Source of the DNA: a virus
Lineage: Duplodnaviria; Heunggongvirae; Uroviricota; Caudoviricetes
Reading direction: 5' to 3' (one strand)
DNA length: 19,227 bases
Virus record (IMG/VR): IMGVR_UViG_2778261379_000001
Every line of letters starts with the position of its first letter. Position 1 is the stretch's first letter. The notes under the pieces are model-generated. The model was not told where the DNA came from. It saw nothing but the letters and a program-made list of their open reading frames with translations, and ran no database searches. A program made the position numbers and the translations under genes. This document shows positions 1 through 7,858 of the stretch, piece by piece.

Positions 1-1152
1 GGTTGCCATACGATCGGGAATAATGCCACGACGCGCCCATGAGCTGAAATGCGTCTGGCGATTTGATGATACCCAGTTTTTGTTCGTTCGGGATGCCGAA
101 CCGTAATATCCCTCACTTGCAGCATCCGGATCTTCCGTTGGTGCGTTGGTGGAGGTATTGTTGCCACTACCATCGGTCAGGAACGGCACAAAGAAAACGT
201 TGTCGCTCTCCCTGTTTTTGTACGCCCCGTAAATGGTGTCGTACTGCGTGCCGTAGGTGTTTTTCCAGTAATACGTCGTGTCACCACAAATCCATGGCAC
301 ACTTGCCGCTCTGCCTCCATGACACTGCGTGTTAAACTCGGTAATGTCCGCACGAAACTGTTTCAGCATGGCCGTAAACAGCGGAGGTTGCTGTGAGTAC
401 GTAGCGGCGCTCATGTCAAATTCGCCCTGCATCCAGCATACGGCCAGCAGCATGTTTTTTGGGTTTTTCTGCAATGCGGCCTTCGTGCGCAAAATCAGGT
501 CCTGATATAAAGGTTTACCCACACCCCAGCGAGCCGAATCCTGACTGGCTCCTGTGGACTCGCTGAATGTCCCCTCCGCGCCCTGGGTGAATGCCGAACC
601 ACCACGACAGCATGGAACCAGTAAAATCCCGGCATTCTGTGGAATGTAAGGCAACAGGCGTTTGGCAATATGCAAGCCCTGTCCGACACAGCCATACTGC
701 CCTTTGCTCAGGTCTGCATTCGGGTGATTCAGTGCGCTCATATCCTGAACATCATGCAGGCAGTGGTCTGCCGGAATGATGTCGTTAAATGCGCATGCTT
801 TACCACCGGGAGTCACTGTGTTGCGACGGGCCAGTTGCTTAATGCGTGGGTGGGGCGCATCGTAAGAATCCGGCAGCGGCATTCCCTCACCATATGACAT
901 GGCATTGGATTGACCAGCAAGTACCACCACGTAATACCACTCCGGCACGCTGCCGTGCTGGGGGGAATCAGGTGAGATGTCTGTAGTGCCATCGGCCACC
1001 ATTGCCTGCATTAGATACCACGGGGTGCCGGGTTCGTAGGCAACCCGCGTCTCCCCCTGAAGATGCCACCCTTTCGCAAGATGTTCATTCACCTTTTGAG
1101 TCAGTTCAGCCTGTGTCATGGCTGTAATCAGTGCAAAGTTCTTACTGGTCAT
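1..1152 (-). CDS. NanS-p-like sialate O-acetylesterase (N-terminal DUF1737-like domain plus SGNH/DUF303 esterase domain); 3' end lies beyond window start
   Basis: Not in the ORF track because no stop falls in the window. My own minus-strand translation from ATG 1152 reads MTSKNFALITAMTQAELTQKVNEHLAKGWHLQGE...VVVLAGQSNAMSYGEG... The GQSN block is the catalytic-serine motif of the esterase family. SD GGGAG lies 7 nt upstream. The ATG overlaps the o-spanin stop (ATGA). Confidence 0.6.
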   Translation of the reverse strand, partial: MTSKNFALITAMTQAELTQKVNEHLAKGWHLQGETRVAYEPGTPWYLMQAMVADGTTDISPDSPQHGSVPEWYYVVVLAGQSNAMSYGEGMPLPDSYDAPHPRIKQLARRNTVTPGGKACAFNDIIPADHCLHDVQDMSALNHPNADLSKGQYGCVGQGLHIAKRLLPYIPQNAGILLVPCCRGGSAFTQGAEGTFSESTGASQDSARWGVGKPLYQDLILRTKAALQKNPKNMLLAVCWMQGEFDMSAATYSQQPPLFTAMLKQFRADITEFNTQCHGGRAASVPWICGDTTYYWKNTYGTQYDTIYGAYKNRESDNVFFVPFLTDGSGNNTSTNAPTEDPDAASEGYYGSASRTNKNWVSSNRQTHFSSWARRGIIPDRMAT

Positions 1153-1430
1153 TGTGTTACTCCCGTCTGGTGTGTCAGTTCGGCTATTCTCTTATCCAGT
1201 TCAGCAATGGCCCGTTTATCCGCGTTACAGGTTTCCAGTGCATCCAGAAGGCGGTCGCCCCATATTCCGAGGTTTCCCCATGTGGGTGGGTCAGGGAAGG
1301 GGGGAGGCGTTACCGGCATGGTCAGCGTCTGCGGTATAAGCCGGACTGACGGCGCTGGCCCTGGCGCGTTCTGCGTGCCTGCGCAACCTGTCAGTAAAAC
1401 GAGCGTCAGGCAAAGCGTGGGCGCATTCAT
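1149..1430 (-). CDS. o-spanin (Rz1/LysC-like outer-membrane lipoprotein), overlapping the 3' end of the i-spanin gene and extending past it
   Basis: Lipoprotein signal with lipobox MNAPTLCLTLVLLTGCAG followed by a proline-rich segment. Start taken at the internal ATG at 1430; the track ORF 1149..1460 begins at a GTG. Overlapped architecture as in P2 lysB/lysC. Confidence 0.5.
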   Translation of the reverse strand: MNAPTLCLTLVLLTGCAGTQNAPGPAPSVRLIPQTLTMPVTPPPFPDPPTWGNLGIWGDRLLDALETCNADKRAIAELDKRIAELTHQTGVTQ

Positions 1431-1686
1431 CTTTTGCAATATCGTTGCGTAGCTGTTCACGTCTTACCTCTCCGTCCTGATTGCGTTGCTGATTTTCCGC
1501 GCGGAGCTGAGCCAGCACCTGCTGCATATCCTGTACCCCGGCGCTGATGATATTCAGTGTGTCGACGGTACTTTTCAGGGTGCTGGCCTGCGCTTCGTTT
1601 CTGGCGTTCTCCCGGCCCAGCGACCACGACAGACGCATGGATGTAATCAGAAGGAAAGCGACGCCAAGCGTGGGCCAGAGCTTCAT
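1291..1686 (-). CDS. i-spanin (Rz/LysB-like)
   Basis: Internal ATG of track ORF 1291..1830 gives MKLWPTLGVAFLLITSMRLSW..., an N-terminal TM anchor followed by a Q/R/E-rich coiled-coil-like region. The ATG overlaps the endolysin stop (ATGA). Confidence 0.55.
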   Translation of the reverse strand: MKLWPTLGVAFLLITSMRLSWSLGRENARNEAQASTLKSTVDTLNIISAGVQDMQQVLAQLRAENQQRNQDGEVRREQLRNDIAKDECAHALPDARFTDRLRRHAERARASAVSPAYTADADHAGNASPLP

Positions 1687-2075
1687 GCCGGATAGGCTCC
1701 GTGTGGTAACTGAAAATGCGGTCCGTCTTTCAGGGTCTTCCAGTCGCCGCCCCATTCCACCGGAATATTCAGTTCCTGGCTGGCCTGTCTGAATGCTGCT
1801 GCGATTTTTTCGTACAGCGGCCATTCCCATGACACCTGGTTGCCGACATAAGCCACAACATCCACGGCATGCCCTGTGAGATGGCGACTGTTCATGGTCT
1901 GGCTCTTGCCTGTGGTCACGAGCTGCTTCTGACGATAACGACTGCGCAATCCTTCGGTGATACCAAAATCCACTTCCGAGATTTCCAGCGCCCGTCGGGT
2001 CACTTTCACCAGATCAGGATTTACACCCTGCAAATTCTTTTCGCTCCGGCTGCTGAATTTAAATGTGTTGCTCAT
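1683..2075 (-). CDS. endolysin, peptidase M15 family (cell-wall peptidase)
   Basis: 130 aa with zinc-peptidase-like blocks SRHLTGHAVDV and WGGDW...DGPHFQL. Strong SD GAAGGAGAGG upstream. Start overlaps the holin stop. Position is between holin and spanins. Confidence 0.75.
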   Translation of the reverse strand: MSNTFKFSSRSEKNLQGVNPDLVKVTRRALEISEVDFGITEGLRSRYRQKQLVTTGKSQTMNSRHLTGHAVDVVAYVGNQVSWEWPLYEKIAAAFRQASQELNIPVEWGGDWKTLKDGPHFQLPHGAYPA

Positions 2076-2395
2076 TCGTTCCTCTCCTTCACCCTGCGAT
2101 CAAATATTGCAATAACCTTGTCGCGTGCTTTCTCTGCGCCCATAAAACCGATTGAGGCACCAAAAAACGTCACTGCATCCTCAGGGATCCCGAAGAAGCG
2201 CAGCGACCCGGCCACGGCCATGGCAAGAACGCCGCACGCCAGCGATCCCGTTACGGTCTGAACCAGTGTTCGTCCGTCATAAAGACTCATCAGCGCGGAA
2301 ATGCTGACCGCCGCGCCTACTGCATACACCGTTGGCAGGTGGTCAAAGAGCCACGCAATAACCTGCTCTGTGATCCCTGTTTGAATGGTGCTCAC
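2072..2395 (-). CDS. holin (class I-like, three predicted TM segments); start uncertain
   Basis: C-terminal about 107 aa of track ORF 2072..2614 carry three hydrophobic helices and a charged tail (KARDKVIAIFDRRVKERNE). Proposed GTG start at 2395 sits just downstream of a GGAG that overlaps the X stop. The 5' part of the 180-aa track ORF overlaps X and is not coding in this frame. Confidence 0.55.
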   Translation of the reverse strand: MSTIQTGITEQVIAWLFDHLPTVYAVGAAVSISALMSLYDGRTLVQTVTGSLACGVLAMAVAGSLRFFGIPEDAVTFFGASIGFMGAEKARDKVIAIFDRRVKERNE

Positions 2396-2397
2396 TG

Positions 2398-2598
2398 CTA
2401 CTCCCCCCACAACTGAATCATTTCTCGTTTCTTCTTCTCCGGCTCCGGCATCTCCACTTCCTGCCCGGCGTCCAGAAATACCTGCTGACAGAGTCCGGGG
2501 TTGGCATCCAGCACCTTTTCGGTGACGCCCTGTGTCGTGCCGTAGTACCGGAAACAGAGCGAATCCACGGTGTCGCCTTCCAGTGCCTTCACTTTCAT
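2398..2598 (-). CDS. X: tail protein X (gpX-like)
   Basis: 66 aa MKVKALEGDTVDSLCFRYYGTTQGVTEKVL... resembles P2 gpX. ATG at 2598 overlaps the L stop (TGATG) with GGAG 8 nt upstream. Track start 2604 is a GTG. Confidence 0.7.
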   Translation of the reverse strand: MKVKALEGDTVDSLCFRYYGTTQGVTEKVLDANPGLCQQVFLDAGQEVEMPEPEKKKREMIQLWGE

Positions 2599-3092
2599 CA
2601 GCACAGCTCCGCAAACATTCGCGGTCGTCCCAGAATGTCAGAGATGGCCCAGCTCACATCGCGCCACAAATCCGATGTCTGTATATCCAGTGCGTCCGCC
2701 CGGCGGTCGCCCTTGTCCGTTGTGTCCGCATCGCGGTAACGCTCCAGAATCAGGGCGCGTGTGGCGGTATAAACAGCATTGCGCCAGTGCCAGAGATTGA
2801 CGCTTTCTCCGTTAATTACAGGGGCCGGAACATCGGCCAGCGTCTGATAGCCAGCCGCCTGTTGTTCCTGCTGCCATGCTTCCAGCTCGCGGGTAACGTG
2901 TGCTATGGCCCCGGTGGCGGTATGCAGCAGGCGGGAGGTGGTCACGCGGCCCGGCAGTCGTACCGCCAGACGCAGCTCGCGCAGCACAATATCCGGCCAG
3001 AATGCACCCGCTGAAATACGGGTATCGCCATCATCGGTGTCGGTGATGTCGTCCTCTGCGGGGCCGGGGTTAGTTCTGGCAACCATACTCAT
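2598..3092 (-). CDS. L: head completion/stabilisation protein (gpL-like)
   Basis: About 164 aa at the position and size of P2 gpL. ATG at 3092 is 8 nt from SD CAGGAG. Track start 3101 is a GTG that overlaps the SD. Confidence 0.8.
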   Translation of the reverse strand: MSMVARTNPGPAEDDITDTDDGDTRISAGAFWPDIVLRELRLAVRLPGRVTTSRLLHTATGAIAHVTRELEAWQQEQQAAGYQTLADVPAPVINGESVNLWHWRNAVYTATRALILERYRDADTTDKGDRRADALDIQTSDLWRDVSWAISDILGRPRMFAELC

Positions 3093-3104
3093 GGGGTTCA
3101 CTCC

Positions 3105-3177
3105 TGAAAAAATCGGGCGGTGGGTGCGCGGTGTAAACGGTCACGGAGTCAAACCGGAACACCGCGCACGCCGCCCG
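3105..3177 (-). terminator. GC-rich hairpin with T-tract on the minus strand between M and L (candidate intra-operon intrinsic terminator)
   Basis: Arms 3114..3134 (CGGGCGGTGGGTGCGCGGTGT) and 3159..3177 (ACACCGCGCACGCCGCCCG) are near-complementary. On the minus strand the stem is followed by TTTTTT, then the L SD. Confidence 0.4.
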
Positions 3178-3193
3178 CTGACGGGGTCAGTCG

Positions 3194-3994
3194 TTAACCG
3201 CGCTTTGCCTTCTGCGTCGCGGTGGTTTTTCGTGTTGCAGGCTTCCGCGTTGTCTTTTTACTTTTGCTGCTTTCGTCCTGCGCCTGCTGTGCGCTGGCGT
3301 CTTCTGGTTCGGCTGCGGAATCGGCTTTTTTCAGGGCGCGGGAAAGGGTTGCAATCTCGCGTTTCACACCTGCGTTCGGGTTCAGGTGCATCGCTTCGCG
3401 CAGCAGCTTCAGTGATGAGGCCATGTTGTCTGCATCGGTCAGGCCACGACGGGCAAAGGCACACGCCTTGCATAATTTGGCGCGCACTTCGTCCGGCATG
3501 TCCTGGTTGGCGATAATTTCCCAAAGTGTGTCCAGTGGTTCGATAAAGGCGGATAAATCCGCGTCGGCATCCGTCCCAGCCTGCGTCAGTACCGGGTTGC
3601 AGATTTCTTCGGTCAGTACCGTGGCAGCAGTACGGCCAAAGTTATCCGGCATGATGAGGTTGTGACGGACCACATATGCACCAATACGCAGCGCCAGCGG
3701 AAGATCGCCGCAGTCAATCGCCCACACCATCAGCGTGGCAATTACTTCGTCCTGTTGCCCGCCGTCAGCCTCCAGCGTTCCCTCAATCCAGCCGGAAAAG
3801 TCCGGCAACAACTCTTTTTTGATGGCGGCTTTCGCGCTTCTGGCCTGTATGGCCTTTAGCCTGGCCTGTGCCAGACGCAGACGATACAGCACCTCTTCAT
3901 GCGCGGTACACGCGGCGTGGTCCACACCTTCATTCGCCCGGCCTGCGCGCTGTGCCATCACGTTCTGCCAGTGTTGTTGTGCAGGAGTAATCAT
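3194..3994 (-). CDS. M: terminase endonuclease (small) subunit, gpM-like
   Basis: 266 aa at the P2 gpM position between N and L. ATG with SD GGAGAG upstream. Confidence 0.8.
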   Translation of the reverse strand: MITPAQQHWQNVMAQRAGRANEGVDHAACTAHEEVLYRLRLAQARLKAIQARSAKAAIKKELLPDFSGWIEGTLEADGGQQDEVIATLMVWAIDCGDLPLALRIGAYVVRHNLIMPDNFGRTAATVLTEEICNPVLTQAGTDADADLSAFIEPLDTLWEIIANQDMPDEVRAKLCKACAFARRGLTDADNMASSLKLLREAMHLNPNAGVKREIATLSRALKKADSAAEPEDASAQQAQDESSKSKKTTRKPATRKTTATQKAKRG

Positions 3995-4039
3995 TTTTTC
4001 TCTCCGTTACAGGCGGGCATGATGCCCGCCGTGAGTTGA

Positions 4040-5092
4040 TTAGCTGTCGGCGAACTTCAGGCCAGTGACCATCGCGCACTTGCCATAGTCTTCAACGACA
4101 TAAGCGTCATTGATGGACTGGTAGGTGGCGATGCGGTTGTATTCCGGCTCGTCTTTCATCAGGCGACGCATTGAACCTTTCTGCCAGTAAATCGACAGGT
4201 TGTTGAACGAGGTGATAAGCATCGTTGCATCCGGGAAGAACGGCGCAAGGAACACGCCCAGCCCGCCAATGGTGCGCGATGACAGGATGAGCTGCCCGGC
4301 AAGTAATTCCGCATTGGGATTCTGGCCGCTGATGCTGTTCAGCACGGGCAGACGCAGCGAGTTAAACAGGTTGCGCCCCATAATCACCGCGAGGTCGTCA
4401 GCTTCCTTGTGCCATTCATCCAGCAGGGATGAGCGCGCATCCTGTACCAGAGCATCGGCATTCGCATACTTACCCGCGTGCGCCACAGTGTTGTCCATGT
4501 TGCGGGAGGTCAGCGTCACGTCATTCATTACGCGCTCGCTGGCATCGGTTCTGATGTGCTCCAGCCAGCCCACGTTAACGTCCTGAAGCAGCTTGTTGGT
4601 GTGAAAATCAGACTCGTAGGCGTGGGATGTGCCGTTAAAGCCAATCATGATGCGATCAAGCGCTACCTGCCGGGCGATCTGTGTACTGATACGGGACTGA
4701 AAATCGCTGTGGGCCGCCCAGGTATCAAGCTGTGGGTACGAAATAAAGGTATCGTAGTTCACCTGTTCGCACTGGTACTGACGAGACTTCATATCGATCA
4801 CGTTATTCGGGTTACGGCGTTTGATGCCGTCATAACTGCTATTCGTGCGCGCAATTGGCCCGGTGGTGTCCAGGAGGATTTTTTCGCCTTTCTGGTCGGT
4901 CACGCCGATCACGTTAATTCTTTTCGTAAATTCGGTACTTTCCTTTGAGGCGTTTTCAAAACGCTGCTGCACCGCGGGTTCCACGGTAAATCGCGATACC
5001 AGTGCAGATACCGGGATATTGTTAAGCGACGCCTGCTGCGCCATATAGCAACCCAGCTTGTTGCGGGTAATATCTGACATCACCAGATTCAT
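4040..5092 (-). CDS. N: major capsid protein, gpN-like
   Basis: 350 aa with blocks matching remembered P2 gpN: RFTVEP, GWLEHIR, LSIYWQ, YVVEDY. A second ATG at 5080 is an alternative start. Confidence 0.9.
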   Translation of the reverse strand: MNLVMSDITRNKLGCYMAQQASLNNIPVSALVSRFTVEPAVQQRFENASKESTEFTKRINVIGVTDQKGEKILLDTTGPIARTNSSYDGIKRRNPNNVIDMKSRQYQCEQVNYDTFISYPQLDTWAAHSDFQSRISTQIARQVALDRIMIGFNGTSHAYESDFHTNKLLQDVNVGWLEHIRTDASERVMNDVTLTSRNMDNTVAHAGKYANADALVQDARSSLLDEWHKEADDLAVIMGRNLFNSLRLPVLNSISGQNPNAELLAGQLILSSRTIGGLGVFLAPFFPDATMLITSFNNLSIYWQKGSMRRLMKDEPEYNRIATYQSINDAYVVEDYGKCAMVTGLKFADS

Positions 5093-5115
5093 AAAAAATT
5101 TGCTCCTTTGTCTTA

Positions 5116-5952
5116 TCAGAAGTCAGCCAGCTGGTCGGAGGCTGCGCCCGTTGCGGTGAAGCGGTTCTGCGGATCGCCGTCCTGCGTGCGCAGTTTTTCC
5201 TTCAATGCTGTCAGCTCTGTGGTCAGTGACGTGATTTTCTGGCGGTCCTGCTGATGGCGGGTTTCCAGCACATTAAAACGGTCGATAATGTCGGCCTGTG
5301 ACGTTGCAACGCCTTCCACCGCTTCCTGAATTCGGGAGAAACTGGCGTCATCCGCTTTGCGGCCACGACCAATAATCCCCATTACGCGGTTAAACCACTG
5401 GGTGCCTTCTTCCTGGCGTTGTTCTGCCATTTCGATGATTTCAGACTCGATGGCTTCGGAGATAAGCGGTGCTTCACCCTGGATACTGTTGAACGTCATC
5501 ACCGCCTGACGTTGCTGTGCCGTGAATTTCAGGCGCTCAGTGCCCAGGCTTGCCGGGGTGTCGGTCATCGCCAGCCCGACCAGATAGGCGCGCCCGTTAA
5601 CGGAGAACTGCGGGTGCAGTTCGATACTGGAATAGATTTTCTTGCCGTCAGCGACAAGCTGCTTCATGCGCTCGGTCGGTTCGATTTCTGCATACAGCGC
5701 AGTACGTCCGGCCAGCGGACCTTCCGTAATGTCTTCCGTACTCAGTGCGGTGACATCGCCCATTGCGGAAAATTCGCTTGACGGACATGGCGAGAGATAG
5801 TGCTCAACGTTCACGCGGGCAGCGTAAACATCCGGGTTGAAGTTCTCGGCGGCTTCACGCAGATGCACCGGACTGATTTCACGGCCATCAACAGTTGATC
5901 CGGAGACAGCCACGCGAAACTTTTTGCGGGATGTCTTTTTTTCATTAGCCAT
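5116..5952 (-). CDS. O: capsid scaffold protein, gpO-like
   Basis: Start taken at the internal ATG at 5952, which has SD GAGGGG 8 nt upstream: MANEKKTSRKKFRVAVSGSTVDGREIS..., matching the P2 gpO N-terminus. The track ATG at 5985 has no SD. Confidence 0.85.
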   Translation of the reverse strand: MANEKKTSRKKFRVAVSGSTVDGREISPVHLREAAENFNPDVYAARVNVEHYLSPCPSSEFSAMGDVTALSTEDITEGPLAGRTALYAEIEPTERMKQLVADGKKIYSSIELHPQFSVNGRAYLVGLAMTDTPASLGTERLKFTAQQRQAVMTFNSIQGEAPLISEAIESEIIEMAEQRQEEGTQWFNRVMGIIGRGRKADDASFSRIQEAVEGVATSQADIIDRFNVLETRHQQDRQKITSLTTELTALKEKLRTQDGDPQNRFTATGAASDQLADF

Positions 5953-5985
5953 AGTTTTTGCCCCTCTGACTGGTTCTTCAGTCAT

Positions 5986-6106
5986 GATGGCAAAGCGTAA
6001 CAGGCTGATACAAAGGGCTTTTGTTGTAAGAAAACAGTCAGAACAGAGGGTTAAGGAGAACAGTTTCGCGCGCGGGTAATCTTCCTGTAATTACTCAGGG
6101 GGAGCA
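5986..6106. promoter_or_regulatory. divergent late-promoter region between O (minus) and P (plus)
   Basis: 121-bp intergenic region separating divergent late operons, as for P2 PO/PP. I could not place a TGT-N12-ACA activator dyad with confidence. Confidence 0.4.
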
Positions 6107-7858
6107 ATGATTCAGGACGCTTTTGTGCGCCAGCGTGCGCGGCAACTTTACTGGCAGGGTTATCCGCCCGCAGAAATATCACGTCTGATGGGAATAAACC
6201 CGAACACGATTTATGCGTGGAAAAAACGTGACCAGTGGGATGAAACGCCACCCGTGCAGCGTGTCACGCAGTCCATCGATGCGCGCCTCATCCAGCTTAC
6301 TGAAAAACAGAATAAAACAGGCGGTGACTTTAAGGAAATAGACCTGCTGACCCGGCAGCTTAAAAAGCTGCATGATGGCCAGCCGGATGTGATGGCCGCA
6401 GGAAAGAAAGGCCGGGCGAAAAAACTCAAAAATCATTTCACGCCGGAACAGATTGCCGCACTGCGGGAAAAAATCATCAGCAGGCTGGAGTGGCATCAGC
6501 GGGGCTGGTTTGACTCCCTGACCCTTTGCAGGGAAGCCGGGATACGTAACAGGATGATCCTGAAATCCCGACAGATTGGGGCGACCTGGTATTTTGCACA
6601 GGAAGCACTGCTGATGGCGCTGCGTGACGATGTGGCGCAACCTTACCAGCGTAACCAGATTTTTTTGTCTGCGTCGCGTCGTCAGGCGTTCCAGTTTAAA
6701 AGCATTATTCAGAAGGCCGCGGCTGAAGTTGATGTGGAGCTGAAAGGGGGCGATAAAATCATCCTCTCCAACGGCGCAGAGCTGCATTTTCTCGGCACTT
6801 CTGCTGCGTCGGCACAGTCCTATACGGGCAATTTTTATTTTGATGAATTTTTCTGGGTCAGTCGCTTTGCTGAACTGCGCAAGGTGGCTGGCGCTATGGC
6901 AACCCTCAGCGGACTGCGGCGCACCTACTTCTCCACGCCATCCACCGAAACGCACGAGGCATACGCCTACTGGAACGGCGACCGCTGGAACGAGAAAAAG
7001 GCCTCGCATAAACGCCAGCGTTTTTCTGTGGACTGGAAAACGCTGCATAATGGGCTTATCTGCCCTGACCGGACGTGGCGGCAAATTGTCACGCTGGAAG
7101 ATGTGGTTAATCACGGCTGGAAACACACCGATATCGACGAAATTCGTGATGAAAACACCGAAGACGAGTTCCTCAATCTCTATATGTGTGAGTTTGTCCG
7201 CGAAGGGGAATCGGCATTTAACCTGAATATCCTGATTGGCTGCGGTGTTGACGGATACGACGACTGGAAAGACTGGAAACCTTTTGCTCCCCGCCCGATG
7301 GGGAATCGTCCGGTATGGATTGGGTATGACGCAAACGGCAGTAGTGGCAACGGCGACAGCGGCGCTGTGTCCGTGGTGGTTCCTCCGGCTGTTCCTGGCG
7401 GCCGTTTTCGAACGGTGGAGACGCGACGCGTTCAGGGGCTGGAGTTTGAAGAACAGGCCAGAGTCATTGAAGAGTTCACGTGTCGCTACAACGTGGAACA
7501 CATCGGCATTGATGTGACGGGCGGGAACGGGGAGGCTGTTTATCAGATAGTGAAGCGGTTTTTCCCTGCTGCTATTCCGTACACCTTCACGCTGTCATCA
7601 AAACGGTCGCTGGTACTGAAAATGCTGCAAATAATGCGTGCCGGGCGGTGGGAATACGATCGCGCCGAACGCGAGCTGGTCGCGGCCTTTAACGCCGTGC
7701 GTAAGGTGAAAACACCGGGCGGCTTTATCACTTACGAAACGGACCGCGCGAGGGGGATCAGCCACGGCGACCTTGCGTGGGCAACCATGCTTGCTGTCAT
7801 TAACGAACCAATTGGCGGCGAAGGAGAAAACGAGCGTTTCATGGTTATGGAGTTCTGA
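6107..7858 (+). CDS. P: terminase ATPase (large) subunit, gpP-like
   Basis: 583 aa. N-terminus LYWQGYPPAEISRLMGINPNTIYAWKKRDQWDE matches remembered P2 gpP. Stop overlaps the Q start (TGATG). Confidence 0.9.
   Translation: MIQDAFVRQRARQLYWQGYPPAEISRLMGINPNTIYAWKKRDQWDETPPVQRVTQSIDARLIQLTEKQNKTGGDFKEIDLLTRQLKKLHDGQPDVMAAGKKGRAKKLKNHFTPEQIAALREKIISRLEWHQRGWFDSLTLCREAGIRNRMILKSRQIGATWYFAQEALLMALRDDVAQPYQRNQIFLSASRRQAFQFKSIIQKAAAEVDVELKGGDKIILSNGAELHFLGTSAASAQSYTGNFYFDEFFWVSRFAELRKVAGAMATLSGLRRTYFSTPSTETHEAYAYWNGDRWNEKKASHKRQRFSVDWKTLHNGLICPDRTWRQIVTLEDVVNHGWKHTDIDEIRDENTEDEFLNLYMCEFVREGESAFNLNILIGCGVDGYDDWKDWKPFAPRPMGNRPVWIGYDANGSSGNGDSGAVSVVVPPAVPGGRFRTVETRRVQGLEFEEQARVIEEFTCRYNVEHIGIDVTGGNGEAVYQIVKRFFPAAIPYTFTLSSKRSLVLKMLQIMRAGRWEYDRAERELVAAFNAVRKVKTPGGFITYETDRARGISHGDLAWATMLAVINEPIGGEGENERFMVMEF

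Noticed and set aside
63-897. Plus- and minus-strand track ORFs 63..335, 495..695, 591..779 and 670..897
   Set aside because: All lie inside the esterase gene in other frames or on the other strand. Their translations are cysteine/arginine/histidine-rich and not protein-like.
1063-1452. Plus-strand ORFs 1063..1452, 1118..1339 and 1131..1349
   Set aside because: Antisense to the spanin genes and the esterase start; no SD and junk-like translations.
2072-2614. 180-aa track ORF treated as one gene
   Set aside because: Its 5' third overlaps gene X in another frame and is R/G-rich. Only the 3' part from a start just after the X stop is a plausible holin.
2532-3665. Plus-strand ORFs 2532..3014, 2570..2800, 2905..3516 and 3222..3665
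   Set aside because: Antisense to L and M; translations are low-complexity.
6179-7501. 440-aa minus-strand ORF
   Set aside because: Entirely antisense to the well-supported terminase gene P. The translation is low-complexity and arginine/histidine-rich with no SD context, typical of a spurious antisense frame in GC-rich coding DNA.
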